Shown here: positions 10,363-19,678 of the stretch, one piece after another
How positions within the stretch are numbered: position 1 is the first letter of the stretch
Layout: each line of letters starts with the position of its first letter
Origin: an uncultured Oscillospiraceae bacterium
GTDB taxonomy: Bacteria; Bacillota; Clostridia; Oscillospirales; Ruminococcaceae
Length of the DNA stretch: 64,000 nt
Direction of reading: 5' to 3'
NCBI GenBank assembly: GCA_934448295.1
Contig: CAKSEY010000004.1
Span: 71,003 to 135,002, forward strand
Notes under the pieces: generated by a model
The model's database searches: none
The model's input: only the letters and a program-made list of their open reading frames with translations
Told to the model about the DNA's origin: nothing
Translations under genes and position numbers: made by a program

Positions 10363-11907
10363 ATGGAAGAATTAAACAGAAACGCCAACGCAGTGTTTCT
10401 CAACGAAACACTGTTCGATGGACAGACTGAGCAGGGCGTGGAGCTTGACCATGTTCTGCCGGACTACTACCCCGAGATTTTCAGAATTCTGAAGTGCTGC
10501 CTTACCCCGATGGTGATTTCTTCCGCCGTGTCGGGAAATAAGCTCATGCTTGACGGAATAGTGCTCATCAGGGTGCTGTACCTTGAGGAGAACAGCACCG
10601 CGCTCCACTGCGTTGAGCAGAGGTACACATGGTCGAAAACCGTGGATATCTCGGCGCGCCCCGAGGGGCTGTGCGGAGAGCCGATGGTCACCGTGACCCC
10701 GAAGGTGGATTACTGCAACTGCCGCGCGGTCAGCAGCCGGAGGATAGACGTCCGCGGGGCGATAAGCTGCCGCATTCTCGTCACCTGCCCCGCAAAATTC
10801 ACGATGCCCGCGATACCGGACGGAGTTCAGGTGCTCAGCCGGAATTATACGGCAGGCTCAGAGCCGATATGCTCCGACAGGCAGATAACGGTGCGCGAGG
10901 ATATAGAAACCGGCGCTTCCGGGATAGAGTACATCGTGAACTGCGACGCTTCCCCGAAGCTGGACGACGTGCGGATCATCGCGAACAAGGCGGTCATCAA
11001 GGGAACCGTCACCGTATCGGCGCTCTACGGGCTGCACACGGACGAACACGCAGGCTGTGACGACCTGGAAAAAATGACCGCCGATATCCCTGTCAGCCAG
11101 ATCGTCGATATGCCCGGTCTCACCGACCAGCATAGCTGTCAGCCGGAGCTTATCGTGCGGAGCTGCGAGCTTCAGCCGAAGCCGGACAGCGGTATCCTTT
11201 CCTGCGAGATCCTTCTGGAATGCCGCTGCACCGCTTCAACGGAGAGCACCGCCGCGATCCCCTGCGACCTTTATTCAACGGATTATGAATGTGAATTCGC
11301 GACCGAGCAGATAAAGCTGCCGCTCAACAGGCGCGCCGTTTCCGGGCAGGTTCCGGTGAAGTGCTCCATGACCTGCGACAGCGGCGAGATATCCTCCGTA
11401 TGGGACTGCCGCAGCACTGTTACCAGCCTGATGTGCCGCCCCGACCCCGGAAACGGGCTCCTTGTCACCGGGCAGGTTTGCGTTCAGGCGGTGGGCAGGG
11501 CTTCCGGGAATGTTCCGTTCTTCGCTGAGAAGCAGGAGGCGTTCGAGCAGGTCATTCCGGCGCAGAATGTGACCCAGGACACGATATCAGCCTGCCGCGC
11601 CGCCGTGGGAGATACCGGCTTCGCCATCAGGCAGGACGGCGGTCTTGACGTCACCGCCCGGCTGGATATCACGGGAGAGCTTTCGGAGAATCAACAGGTA
11701 ATGGCGGTGAGCAGCGTTTCTGTCCGGGAGGATAAGCCGAAGGAGCGCTCCGACGAATTTGCGCTGAGGATATGCTACACCTCCGGGGAAAGCTGCTGGG
11801 ATATCGCGAAGCGCTGCAATACCACCGTTGACGCGATCATGTGCGAAAATAATATAGATGACCGCGAGGCTGAGCTGTCCGGAATGGTCATCATTCCCAT
11901 TGTTTAA
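10363..11907 (+). CDS. sipL: SipL-like sporulation protein (DUF3794-type region plus C-terminal LysM domain)
   Basis: Start moved to the ATG at 10363, preceded by GGAGG. The C-terminal ~45 aa (LRICYTSGESCWDIAKRCNTTVDAIMCENNI...GMVIIPIV) is a LysM domain. It lies immediately upstream of spoIVA and is translationally coupled to it. Confidence 0.7.
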   Translation: MEELNRNANAVFLNETLFDGQTEQGVELDHVLPDYYPEIFRILKCCLTPMVISSAVSGNKLMLDGIVLIRVLYLEENSTALHCVEQRYTWSKTVDISARPEGLCGEPMVTVTPKVDYCNCRAVSSRRIDVRGAISCRILVTCPAKFTMPAIPDGVQVLSRNYTAGSEPICSDRQITVREDIETGASGIEYIVNCDASPKLDDVRIIANKAVIKGTVTVSALYGLHTDEHAGCDDLEKMTADIPVSQIVDMPGLTDQHSCQPELIVRSCELQPKPDSGILSCEILLECRCTASTESTAAIPCDLYSTDYECEFATEQIKLPLNRRAVSGQVPVKCSMTCDSGEISSVWDCRSTVTSLMCRPDPGNGLLVTGQVCVQAVGRASGNVPFFAEKQEAFEQVIPAQNVTQDTISACRAAVGDTGFAIRQDGGLDVTARLDITGELSENQQVMAVSSVSVREDKPKERSDEFALRICYTSGESCWDIAKRCNTTVDAIMCENNIDDREAELSGMVIIPIV

Positions 11908-11918
11908 GGAGCGTGAAC

Positions 11919-13394
11919 ATGAATAATTCGATCTACTCAGACATTGCAAGGCGGACGGACGGGAATATCTACCTCGGAATCGTGGGGCCCGTTCGCTCTG
12001 GTAAGTCAACATTCATCACAAGGCTGATGAACACACTGGTTATCCCGAACATAACAGATGATTTCCAGCGGGAACGGGCAAACGACGAGCTGCCGCAGTC
12101 CTCCGCAGGAAAGACGATAATGACCACAGAACCGAAATTCGTGCCGGAAAAGGCGGTAAGCATCGTGCTTGACGGCGGCGTGAAGATGAACGTAAGGCTT
12201 ATAGACTGCGTAGGGTACATAGTTCCAAGCGCGATAGGCTACATCGAAAACGAAGCCCCGCGAATGGTTATGACCCCCTGGTTTGACGAAGAGATACCGT
12301 TCAACATGGCGGCGGAGGTCGGCACGCGGAAGGTTATCACGGAGCACTCCACCATAGGGATAGTCGTCACCACCGACGGCAGCATCACCGATATTCCCCG
12401 GGAGGAATACCAGGCGGCGGAGGAGCGCATAATCGCCGAGCTGAACGAGATAAACAAGCCCTTCGTTGTACTGCTGAACTGCCAGAGTCCGGAATCCGCC
12501 GAAAGCCGCCGCTTAGCCGCCGAGATGGAACAGAAATACTCCGCCCCGGTCATGGCGGTCAACTGCCTTGACATCACAGAGGAGCAGATAAAGGAGCTTC
12601 TCGGCAAGGTGCTGCTCCAGTTCCCGATATGCGAAATAAAAATCAGAATGCCGCGCTGGGTCAACTCCCTCGACAAGAGCCACTGGCTGCGCACCGAGCT
12701 GCTTGAGAGCATACGCAGCGCCGCTGCTGACGTCCGAGGAATCAGCGATATAAAGACCTGCGCGGAAAAAATATCCGGGTGCGAGTATGTGACCCGGGTA
12801 ATTCCGGAGGACATAGACCTCGGCACTGGTTCGGGGGTTATCGACATTACGCTCAATAACGAGCTTTTCTACCAGATTCTCGGCGAGGCGACCGGGCTGG
12901 AGCTGCGCAGCGAGAGCGACCTCATGCCGTGCATGATAGAGCTTGCGCAGATAAAGAACAAGTACGAGCGCGTCCGGGGAGCTCTGGAGGAGGTCGAGGC
13001 TACCGGCTACGGAATCGTGCTGCCGACCATGGACGAACTCAAGCTGGAGGAGCCGAAAATTGTGAAGCAGGGCGGAAAATACGGCGTAAGGCTGCGAGCG
13101 AGCGCACCGTCGATCCACATGATGTCTGCGGATATCACAACGGAGATCAACCCGATAGTCGGCAGCGAGAAGCAGTCGGAGGAGCTGATCGCGTACCTCC
13201 TGACGGATTTCGAGGAGAATCCTAAGAAAATCTGGGAAAGCAACATTTTCGGGAAATCCCTTCACGAGCTGGTCAACGAGGGTCTCCACAACAAGCTCTA
13301 CCGAATGCCTGCGGACGCGCGCATGAAGCTACAGGAAACTATCCAGCGGATAATCAACGAGGGCTGCGGCGGGCTTATCTGTATTATTCTCTGA
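11919..13394 (+). CDS. spoIVA: Stage IV sporulation protein A (coat-morphogenetic ATPase)
   Basis: Walker A GIVGPVRSGKSTF and 491-aa SpoIVA architecture. Start taken at ATG 11919, 7 nt after an AAGGAG that overlaps the sipL stop. Confidence 0.9.
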   Translation: MNNSIYSDIARRTDGNIYLGIVGPVRSGKSTFITRLMNTLVIPNITDDFQRERANDELPQSSAGKTIMTTEPKFVPEKAVSIVLDGGVKMNVRLIDCVGYIVPSAIGYIENEAPRMVMTPWFDEEIPFNMAAEVGTRKVITEHSTIGIVVTTDGSITDIPREEYQAAEERIIAELNEINKPFVVLLNCQSPESAESRRLAAEMEQKYSAPVMAVNCLDITEEQIKELLGKVLLQFPICEIKIRMPRWVNSLDKSHWLRTELLESIRSAAADVRGISDIKTCAEKISGCEYVTRVIPEDIDLGTGSGVIDITLNNELFYQILGEATGLELRSESDLMPCMIELAQIKNKYERVRGALEEVEATGYGIVLPTMDELKLEEPKIVKQGGKYGVRLRASAPSIHMMSADITTEINPIVGSEKQSEELIAYLLTDFEENPKKIWESNIFGKSLHELVNEGLHNKLYRMPADARMKLQETIQRIINEGCGGLICIIL

Positions 13395-13417
13395 GTACCT
13401 AATAATATAAAATCTCC

Positions 13418-13448
13418 CCCGCTATTGCGAGGGAGATCCTTTTTATCA
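13418..13448. terminator. Bidirectional rho-independent terminator between spoIVA(+) and the SASP gene(-)
   Basis: atctccc-N12-gggagat stem flanked by A-tract/T-tract on both sides. Confidence 0.5.
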
Positions 13449-13455
13449 GGAAAAA

Positions 13456-13644
13456 TTACTGAGCAGAGTTCTGCTGGGTGTAGCTTGCGATCATGTTCTT
13501 TACCATCTGACCGCCGATAGAACCAGCCTGTCTTGCAGTGAGTTCGCCGTTATAGCCGTTGGAGTTCAGCGGAACACCGACCTCGCTTGCTGCCTGCATC
13601 TTGATGCTGTTGAGTGCGCTCTTAGTCTGCTTATTGGATGCCAT
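13456..13644 (-). CDS. Small acid-soluble spore protein, alpha/beta type
   Basis: 62 aa; conserved alpha/beta SASP segments KMQAASEVGVPL and TARQAGSIGGQMVKNMI. Confidence 0.85.
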   Translation of the reverse strand: MASNKQTKSALNSIKMQAASEVGVPLNSNGYNGELTARQAGSIGGQMVKNMIASYTQQNSAQ

Positions 13645-13695
13645 AATCTTATTCTCCTTTAATAAAAAACTTTTTGAGATACCGCAGCTTCCGCT

Positions 13696-13735
13696 CCGAT
13701 TCTCGTTACAGGAGCGGAACGTTTTTTGCTTCGCC
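13696..13735 (-). promoter_or_regulatory. Stable stem-loop in the 5' UTR of the SASP gene
   Basis: Perfect 9-bp GC stem cttccgctcc/ggagcggaa. On the plus strand it looks like a terminator (followed by TTTTTT). On the minus strand it lies in the SASP leader, as in stable ssp mRNAs. Confidence 0.3.
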
Positions 13736-13803
13736 CTTGTGGTAGTATTATTTTCAGCACGGCGTTTTTTATTAAAGGAAATTGTTTCACAAATCTTTTG
13801 AAA

Positions 13804-14187
13804 TTAATTCTCGCAGGAAAGGCACTCCGCGCATACTCCCTTTAAATTCAGCGTAACGCGGGTTATTTTATGCCCGGACTGCTCCATCACCGTCTGCGGT
13901 ATCTCATCAAGGCAGTTCAGCTCCACGTCGAAAACGCGGCGGCATTTCTCGCAGATCATATGGTAGTGGCAGTCGGTTCTGCCGTCAAAGCGGTCGCTTC
14001 CGTCAGCTATCGGGATTTTAAGCAGCATTCCCGCCTCGCTGAGCTGGTTCAGGTTTCTGTACACCGTGCCAAGGCTCAGGTTCGGATTTTCGTTTTTAAG
14101 AGAGCGGTAGACTTCCTCGGCTGTGGGGTGCGTTGGGTATTTCATCACCTGCTCGTATATTATTTCTCTTTGTCTGGAAAAGTTCAT
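13804..14187 (-). CDS. Fur-family transcriptional regulator (PerR/Fur-like)
   Basis: Winged-helix N-terminus plus the HYHMICEKC...CAEC metal-binding cysteine/histidine motifs of the Fur family. Confidence 0.85.
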   Translation of the reverse strand: MNFSRQREIIYEQVMKYPTHPTAEEVYRSLKNENPNLSLGTVYRNLNQLSEAGMLLKIPIADGSDRFDGRTDCHYHMICEKCRRVFDVELNCLDEIPQTVMEQSGHKITRVTLNLKGVCAECLSCEN

Positions 14188-14313
14188 ATTTCCCCCGGTT
14201 CCATTCGACTGTTAAATCAATAATTGTTACTGTTATTATACCATAAAATAACGCGTTTGTCAATAGTCCGGAGAAAATGGAAGCTCCCGCAGGCTTTACG
14301 GGAGCTTTTGAAT

Positions 14314-17300
14314 TTAGATGATATCAGCGTGGTGAGCCTGGAGCGACTTAACGCCGAAGTGCTTGTTCTCCTTTATCGCCTTTATGCCCTCTGCGCTTGC
14401 CTTGGCAGCGGCCATTGTGGTGATATACGGAATACGGTGTTTGATGGCAGCTTTTCTGATGTAGCTGTCGTCAGTTACGCTGTCCTTTCCGGCGGGAGTG
14501 TTGATGATCAGCTGTATCTCGCCGTTTGCGATCTGGTCGGCGATGTTGGGTCTTCCCTCGTACATCTTGTAGATGTGCTCGGCGGGAATTCCTGCTTCCT
14601 TTATCATCTCGAAGCTCTTTCCGGTCGCGATTATCCTGAATCCAAGGTCGTTGAACGCCTTTGCGACTTCAACAAGCTCGGGCTTGTCGCGGTCGCATAC
14701 GCTGAGCAGCACGGTTCCCTCCTGCGGGAGCTTTGTGCGGGTAGCCTCCTGTGCCTTGTAGTACGCCTCGCCGAAGGACGGAGAAATTCCGAGGACCTCG
14801 CCGGTGGAGCGCATCTCCGGGCCGAGAACAGGGTCTACCTCCGGGAACATATTGAACGGGAACACAGCTTCCTTTACGCCGTAGTGGTTTATCTTATGGT
14901 CGCGGAGCTCCGGAACGGGGCTGGGCTTTCCTGTCAGGGAGGAAGTGATAATCTGCGTAGCTATCTGCACCATGTTTATGCTGCAAACCTTGGATACCAG
15001 CGGAACAGTTCTTGAAGCGCGCGGGTTGGCTTCCAGGACATATACCGTGTCGTCCTCGATAGCGTACTGCATATTCATCAGACCGCATACGTTCATTTCA
15101 ACGGCGATCTTCTTTGTATATTCCTTGATGGTTGCGACCTGCTTTTCGGTGAGGTTCTTGCTGGGGAGTATGCACGCGGAATCGCCGGAATGAACGCCCG
15201 CAAGCTCGATATGCTCCATAACGGCGGGAACGAAGCAGTTCTTGCCGTCGGAAATCGCGTCTGCCTCGCACTCTGTCGCGTGGTGCAGGAAGCGGTCGAT
15301 AAGGATAGGTCTGTCGGGGGTTACGCCGACTGCCGCAGCCATGTAGACCTTCATCATCTCGTCGTCGTGAACGATCTCCATTCCCCTGCCGCCGAGAACG
15401 TAGGACGGACGAACCATTACCGGGTAGCCGATACGGTTTGCGATTTCAAGAGCCTCGTCAACGTTTACAGCCATTCCGGACTCGGGCATGGGAATACCGA
15501 GCTTCTCCATCATTGCGCGGAAGTGGTCCCTGTCCTCTGCGAGGTCGATGGTCTCGGGGCTGGTGCCGAGGATATTCACGCCGTTCTTCTTGAGGTCTCC
15601 CGCGAGATTGAGCGGGGTCTGACCGCCGAACTGCGCGATAACTCCGACCGGCTTCTCCTTCTCGTGAATACTGAGAACGTCCTCCAGTGTAAGCGGCTCA
15701 AAATACAGCTTGTCGGAGGTGTCGTAGTCGGTGGAAACGGTTTCGGGGTTGCAGTTTACGATAATGGACTCAAAGCCGAGCTTTTTCAGCGCGAGAGCCG
15801 CATGAACGCAGCAGTAGTCAAACTCGATACCCTGACCTATCCTGTTGGGACCGCCGCCGAGTATCATTATCTTAGGCCTGTCGGAAACGGGGCTTGTATC
15901 CTTATCAAGATGATATGTGGAGTAATAGTATGCCGCGTTCTCCGTGCCGCTTACATGGATCCCCTCCCACGCCTCGCGGATACCATAGCTCTCGCGGGTC
16001 TTGCGGATTTCCTCCTCGGTGACGCCGAGGATCTGACTGAGGTATCTGTCGGAGAAGCCGTCCAGCTTTGCCTGACGGAGCGCAGGCTCTGAGGGAACTG
16101 CGCCCTTGTTTGCGATGAGCGCGTTTTCCTCGTCGACCAGTTCCTTCATCTGCTGGAGGAACCAGTGCTTTATCTTTGTAAGGTTGTAGATCTCATCAAT
16201 GGTTGCGCCTTTGCGGAGTGCCTCGTAAATGATGAACTGGCGCTCGCTGGTAGGGAATCTGAGCTTGGCAAGAAGCTCATCCTTTGACAGCTTGTTGAAG
16301 TCCTTGGCGAAGCCCAGACCGTATCTTCCGGTTTCAAGGGAGCGGATAGCCTTCTGGAATGCTTCTTTATAGGTCTTGCCGATGGACATTACCTCGCCGA
16401 CAGCCTTCATCTGCGTGCCGAGCTTGTCCTCGGCGCCCTTGAACTTCTCGAACGCCCAGCGCGCGAACTTGATAACAACATAATCGCCGCCGGGAACATA
16501 CTTGTCAAGAGTACCGTACTTTCCGCAGGGAATCTCGTCAAGTGTCAGACCGCAGGCGAGCATTGCGGAAACAAGCGCTATCGGGAATCCGGTAGCCTTG
16601 GAAGCAAGCGCGGAGGAGCGCGATGTTCTCGGGTTGATCTCGATAACCACGATACGGCCGGAAACAGGGTCGTGCGCGAACTGGCAGTTGCAGCCGCCGA
16701 TAACCTCTATCGCCTTTACTATCCTGTAAGAATATTCCTGGAGCTTCTTCTGAACGTCCTCGCTGATGGTGAGCATGGGCGCAGAGCAGAAGGAATCGCC
16801 GGTGTGAACGCCGATGGGGTCGATGTTCTCAATGAAGCAGACGGTGATAACGTTATCGTTGGCGTCGCGAACGACTTCGAGCTCCAGTTCCTCCCAGCCG
16901 CTTATGCACTCCTCAACGAGCACCTGTCCCACAAGGCTTGCCTGAAGTCCGCGGGCGCAGACTACCTTCAGCTCGTCAACGTTATATACCATGCCGCCGC
17001 CTGCGCCGCCCATAGTGTACGCCGGGCGCAGAACAACAGGATATTTGAGCTGTTCAGCTATCTTCACAGCTTCGTCAACAGAATATGCGACCTCGCTTCT
17101 CGGCATTTCGATACCGAGCTTCTGCATGGTGTGCTTGAACTCGATCCTGTCCTCACCGCGCTCGATAGCGTCCACCTGCACGCCGATGACCTTTACGTTG
17201 TACTTCTCTAGTACTCCGGCTTCGCTCAGCTCGGAGCAGAGGTTCAGACCGGACTGTCCGCCGAGATTCGGAAGCAGCGCGTCAGGGCGCTCCTTTTCGA

Positions 17301-17532
17301 TGATCTGGGTCAGACGGTCAACGTTCAGCGGCTCGATGTAGGTGATGTCGGCTACGTCAGGGTCGGTCATGATGGTGGCGGGGTTTGAGTTCACGAGAAC
17401 TATCTGATATCCGAGCTTGCGCAGCGCCTTGCACGCCTGTGTTCCCGAATAGTCGAACTCGCACGCCTGTCCTATAATGATAGGACCGGAACCGATAATA
17501 AGTATTTTGTTGATATCCTGCTTCTTTGGCAT
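14314..17532 (-). CDS. carB: Carbamoyl-phosphate synthase large subunit
   Basis: 1072 aa with duplicated ATP-grasp halves, a C-terminal MGS-like domain and a canonical CarB N-terminus. No carA is adjacent. Confidence 0.95.
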   Translation of the reverse strand: MPKKQDINKILIIGSGPIIIGQACEFDYSGTQACKALRKLGYQIVLVNSNPATIMTDPDVADITYIEPLNVDRLTQIIEKERPDALLPNLGGQSGLNLCSELSEAGVLEKYNVKVIGVQVDAIERGEDRIEFKHTMQKLGIEMPRSEVAYSVDEAVKIAEQLKYPVVLRPAYTMGGAGGGMVYNVDELKVVCARGLQASLVGQVLVEECISGWEELELEVVRDANDNVITVCFIENIDPIGVHTGDSFCSAPMLTISEDVQKKLQEYSYRIVKAIEVIGGCNCQFAHDPVSGRIVVIEINPRTSRSSALASKATGFPIALVSAMLACGLTLDEIPCGKYGTLDKYVPGGDYVVIKFARWAFEKFKGAEDKLGTQMKAVGEVMSIGKTYKEAFQKAIRSLETGRYGLGFAKDFNKLSKDELLAKLRFPTSERQFIIYEALRKGATIDEIYNLTKIKHWFLQQMKELVDEENALIANKGAVPSEPALRQAKLDGFSDRYLSQILGVTEEEIRKTRESYGIREAWEGIHVSGTENAAYYYSTYHLDKDTSPVSDRPKIMILGGGPNRIGQGIEFDYCCVHAALALKKLGFESIIVNCNPETVSTDYDTSDKLYFEPLTLEDVLSIHEKEKPVGVIAQFGGQTPLNLAGDLKKNGVNILGTSPETIDLAEDRDHFRAMMEKLGIPMPESGMAVNVDEALEIANRIGYPVMVRPSYVLGGRGMEIVHDDEMMKVYMAAAVGVTPDRPILIDRFLHHATECEADAISDGKNCFVPAVMEHIELAGVHSGDSACILPSKNLTEKQVATIKEYTKKIAVEMNVCGLMNMQYAIEDDTVYVLEANPRASRTVPLVSKVCSINMVQIATQIITSSLTGKPSPVPELRDHKINHYGVKEAVFPFNMFPEVDPVLGPEMRSTGEVLGISPSFGEAYYKAQEATRTKLPQEGTVLLSVCDRDKPELVEVAKAFNDLGFRIIATGKSFEMIKEAGIPAEHIYKMYEGRPNIADQIANGEIQLIINTPAGKDSVTDDSYIRKAAIKHRIPYITTMAAAKASAEGIKAIKENKHFGVKSLQAHHADII

Positions 17533-17671
17533 TTTTTTACTCCCTTATCCGTTTTTTTCTTTTCTGCAACCGTTACAGAATATATCTACTATATCATATC
17601 ACAAAAGCTGTCGGATTTCAATACGGTTTTATATTTTTTTATATTTTATGACGAATTTGTTTTTCGGGCTG

Positions 17672-17700
17672 TTGATTTTTAAAACGCAGCGTGCTATAAT
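17672..17700 (+). promoter_or_regulatory. Sigma-A-type promoter for the CBM2-GH5 gene
   Basis: TTGATT-17 nt-TATAAT, ending 16 nt upstream of the ORF. Confidence 0.5.
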
Positions 17701-17715
17701 TATAGTATCGAAATT

Positions 17716-19566
17716 ATGCCCAGAAAGGAAAATCCTATGAAAAACAAGCTAAAGGGAATACTCGCGGCAGTGCTGTGCGCTTCCCTGCTGTGCGGGTGCG
17801 CAGCGGACGAAAGACCTGTCAGCGTTCCGCAGACCTCCGAGATGGAAAGCGCCGTTTCCACGCAGGAGCAAACAATGCCGCAGGCTGGCGGTAACTCCGC
17901 CGAAGCGCCGGAAACCGAGCCTCAAACCCAACCTGAGACCGAACCCGAAAGCGCGTCCGGTCAGGTCAGCGGCGAACCGGAAGAAACGGTAACATCCGCC
18001 CCGGCTGACCCCAGCGAGCCCGCCGAATCCACGGAACCGCAGCAGACTTCCGCCCAGGAACCCGCGCCGAACGACAGTCAGGTCGCCCCGGCAGAAACGG
18101 CTCAGTCCACGGCGAAAACCACGGCTTCTGCCGCTGCGGCTGAAACCAGCGCTCCAGCCGAAACAACGGCGGCTACCGTAAAAACAACCGCAGCGACAAC
18201 TTCCAAACCAAAGGAAACCAAGGATTTCACCGTCAACTGGAAGCTGAATTCCACCTGGGAGGAGGGCGGAAAGCAGTGCGGCGGTTACGAGGTCGAGATA
18301 ACAAACAACAGCAAGAACGCGGTCGGAAGCTGGACGCTAAAGGTGAACGTTCCTGCCGGGTTTGAGCTGAAAGCCTCCTGGAACGGGGTTTTCACGATCA
18401 GCGGAAAGACCCTGACCGTCAAGAATGAGAGCTACAACGGCGAGATAGCTCCCGGGGGAACGGCGGGCTTCGGCTTCAACTACGCTTCCGACAGCGGATT
18501 CACTCCGTCCGGGGCGACCGTGAACGGCTCGGCTGCTTCTGATTCGGCAGGCTCTCCCGGCAGCTCCGGCGGGAACAACACTCCTGCGGAAACCACACCC
18601 GCTTCTTCGATTTCCACCGTCCCCCCTGCCCCGGAGGATCCTACCGGAACAACCCCGGTCGCGGCGCACGGTCAGCTTTCCGTCAAGGGAACACAGCTTG
18701 TCGACAAGAACGGCAAGGGTTATCAGCTCTGCGGAATGAGCACGCACGGAATCACATGGTTCCCGGATTTCATAAACGAAAACGCGTTCAGAACGCTCCG
18801 GGACGACTGGAACACGAACGTTGTAAGGCTTGCCATGTACGTTGACGAATGGGGCAACGGTCAGTGCTACATGAAGAACAAGGACGGAAGCCGACAGCTT
18901 CTTGAAAAGGGCGTTGACATCTGCATAAAGCTGGGAATGTATGTGATAATCGACTGGCACGTCCTGAATCCCGGCGACCCCACCGCCTACACGGACGAGG
19001 CGATAGAGTTCTTCAAGGATATGTCGAAGAAGTACGCGGACTACCCCAACATCATCTATGAAATCGTGAACGAGCCTAACGGGAACGCAGACTGGTCGGG
19101 CTGCATAAAGCCATATGCCGAAAAGGTCATTCCGGTTATCCGCAAGAACGACAAGGACGCGGTCATAATCGTAGGCACACCGACATGGAGCCAGGATATC
19201 GACAAGGCGCTGGCAGACCCGCTGAAATACGACAACATAATGTACGCGCTGCATTTCTATGCGGCTACCCACACCGACTGGCTCAGGGAACGCGCCGAAA
19301 AGTGCATAAACGGCGGACTTCCGGTATTTGTTTCGGAGTTCGGCTGCTGCGACGCCTCCGGAAACGGCGCGAACGACTTTAACCAGTCCGAAAAGTGGCT
19401 GAAGCTCCTCGACAAGTACGGGGTAAGCTACTGCAACTGGAACCTCGCAAACAAGAACGAATCTTCGTCATGCTTCAAGGAATCCGCAAAGGCGGACGGA
19501 AACTGGAAGGACGGCGACTATTCCGAGGGCGGAGCCTGGATACGAAAGTGGTTCAGAAATCACTGA
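17716..19566 (+). CDS. Secreted lipoprotein endoglucanase: lipobox signal peptide, Thr/Pro/Glu-rich linker, CBM2, GH5 catalytic domain
   Basis: Lipobox LLCGCAAD and a ~150-aa TPE-rich low-complexity linker. CBM2-like block VNWKLNSTWEEGGKQCGGYEVEITNNS...WNGVFTISGKTLTVKN...GFGFN. GH5 catalytic motifs IVNEPNG (acid/base) and FVSEFG (nucleophile). Confidence 0.85.
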   Translation: MPRKENPMKNKLKGILAAVLCASLLCGCAADERPVSVPQTSEMESAVSTQEQTMPQAGGNSAEAPETEPQTQPETEPESASGQVSGEPEETVTSAPADPSEPAESTEPQQTSAQEPAPNDSQVAPAETAQSTAKTTASAAAAETSAPAETTAATVKTTAATTSKPKETKDFTVNWKLNSTWEEGGKQCGGYEVEITNNSKNAVGSWTLKVNVPAGFELKASWNGVFTISGKTLTVKNESYNGEIAPGGTAGFGFNYASDSGFTPSGATVNGSAASDSAGSPGSSGGNNTPAETTPASSISTVPPAPEDPTGTTPVAAHGQLSVKGTQLVDKNGKGYQLCGMSTHGITWFPDFINENAFRTLRDDWNTNVVRLAMYVDEWGNGQCYMKNKDGSRQLLEKGVDICIKLGMYVIIDWHVLNPGDPTAYTDEAIEFFKDMSKKYADYPNIIYEIVNEPNGNADWSGCIKPYAEKVIPVIRKNDKDAVIIVGTPTWSQDIDKALADPLKYDNIMYALHFYAATHTDWLRERAEKCINGGLPVFVSEFGCCDASGNGANDFNQSEKWLKLLDKYGVSYCNWNLANKNESSSCFKESAKADGNWKDGDYSEGGAWIRKWFRNH

Positions 19567-19577
19567 TATAGAATACG

Positions 19578-19607
19578 GCGGCTCAATTACTGAACCGCCG
19601 TTTTTCT
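19578..19607 (+). terminator. Rho-independent terminator after the GH5 gene
   Basis: acggcgg-N12-ccgccgt stem followed by TTTTTCTG. Confidence 0.6.
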
Positions 19608-19678
19608 GTTAATTACGCCAATCAGGTGCTCCCTGTCGAGTTTCAGCCTGGTAACGGAACTGAACATCATTACTCCGG

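Noticed and set aside
17850-18200. Possible tandem repeat or CRISPR-like periodicity in the Thr/Pro/Glu/Ala-rich region
   Set aside because: It is a protein low-complexity linker (ETEPQTQPETEPES..., TTAATVKTTAATTS) inside the GH5 lipoprotein ORF, not a nucleotide-level spaced repeat. There are no CRISPR repeats anywhere in the window.
18337-19272. 311-aa minus-strand ORF antisense to the GH5 cellulase catalytic domain
   Set aside because: The plus strand encodes canonical GH5 motifs (NEP, SEFG). The antisense ORF is Arg/Val-rich without features.
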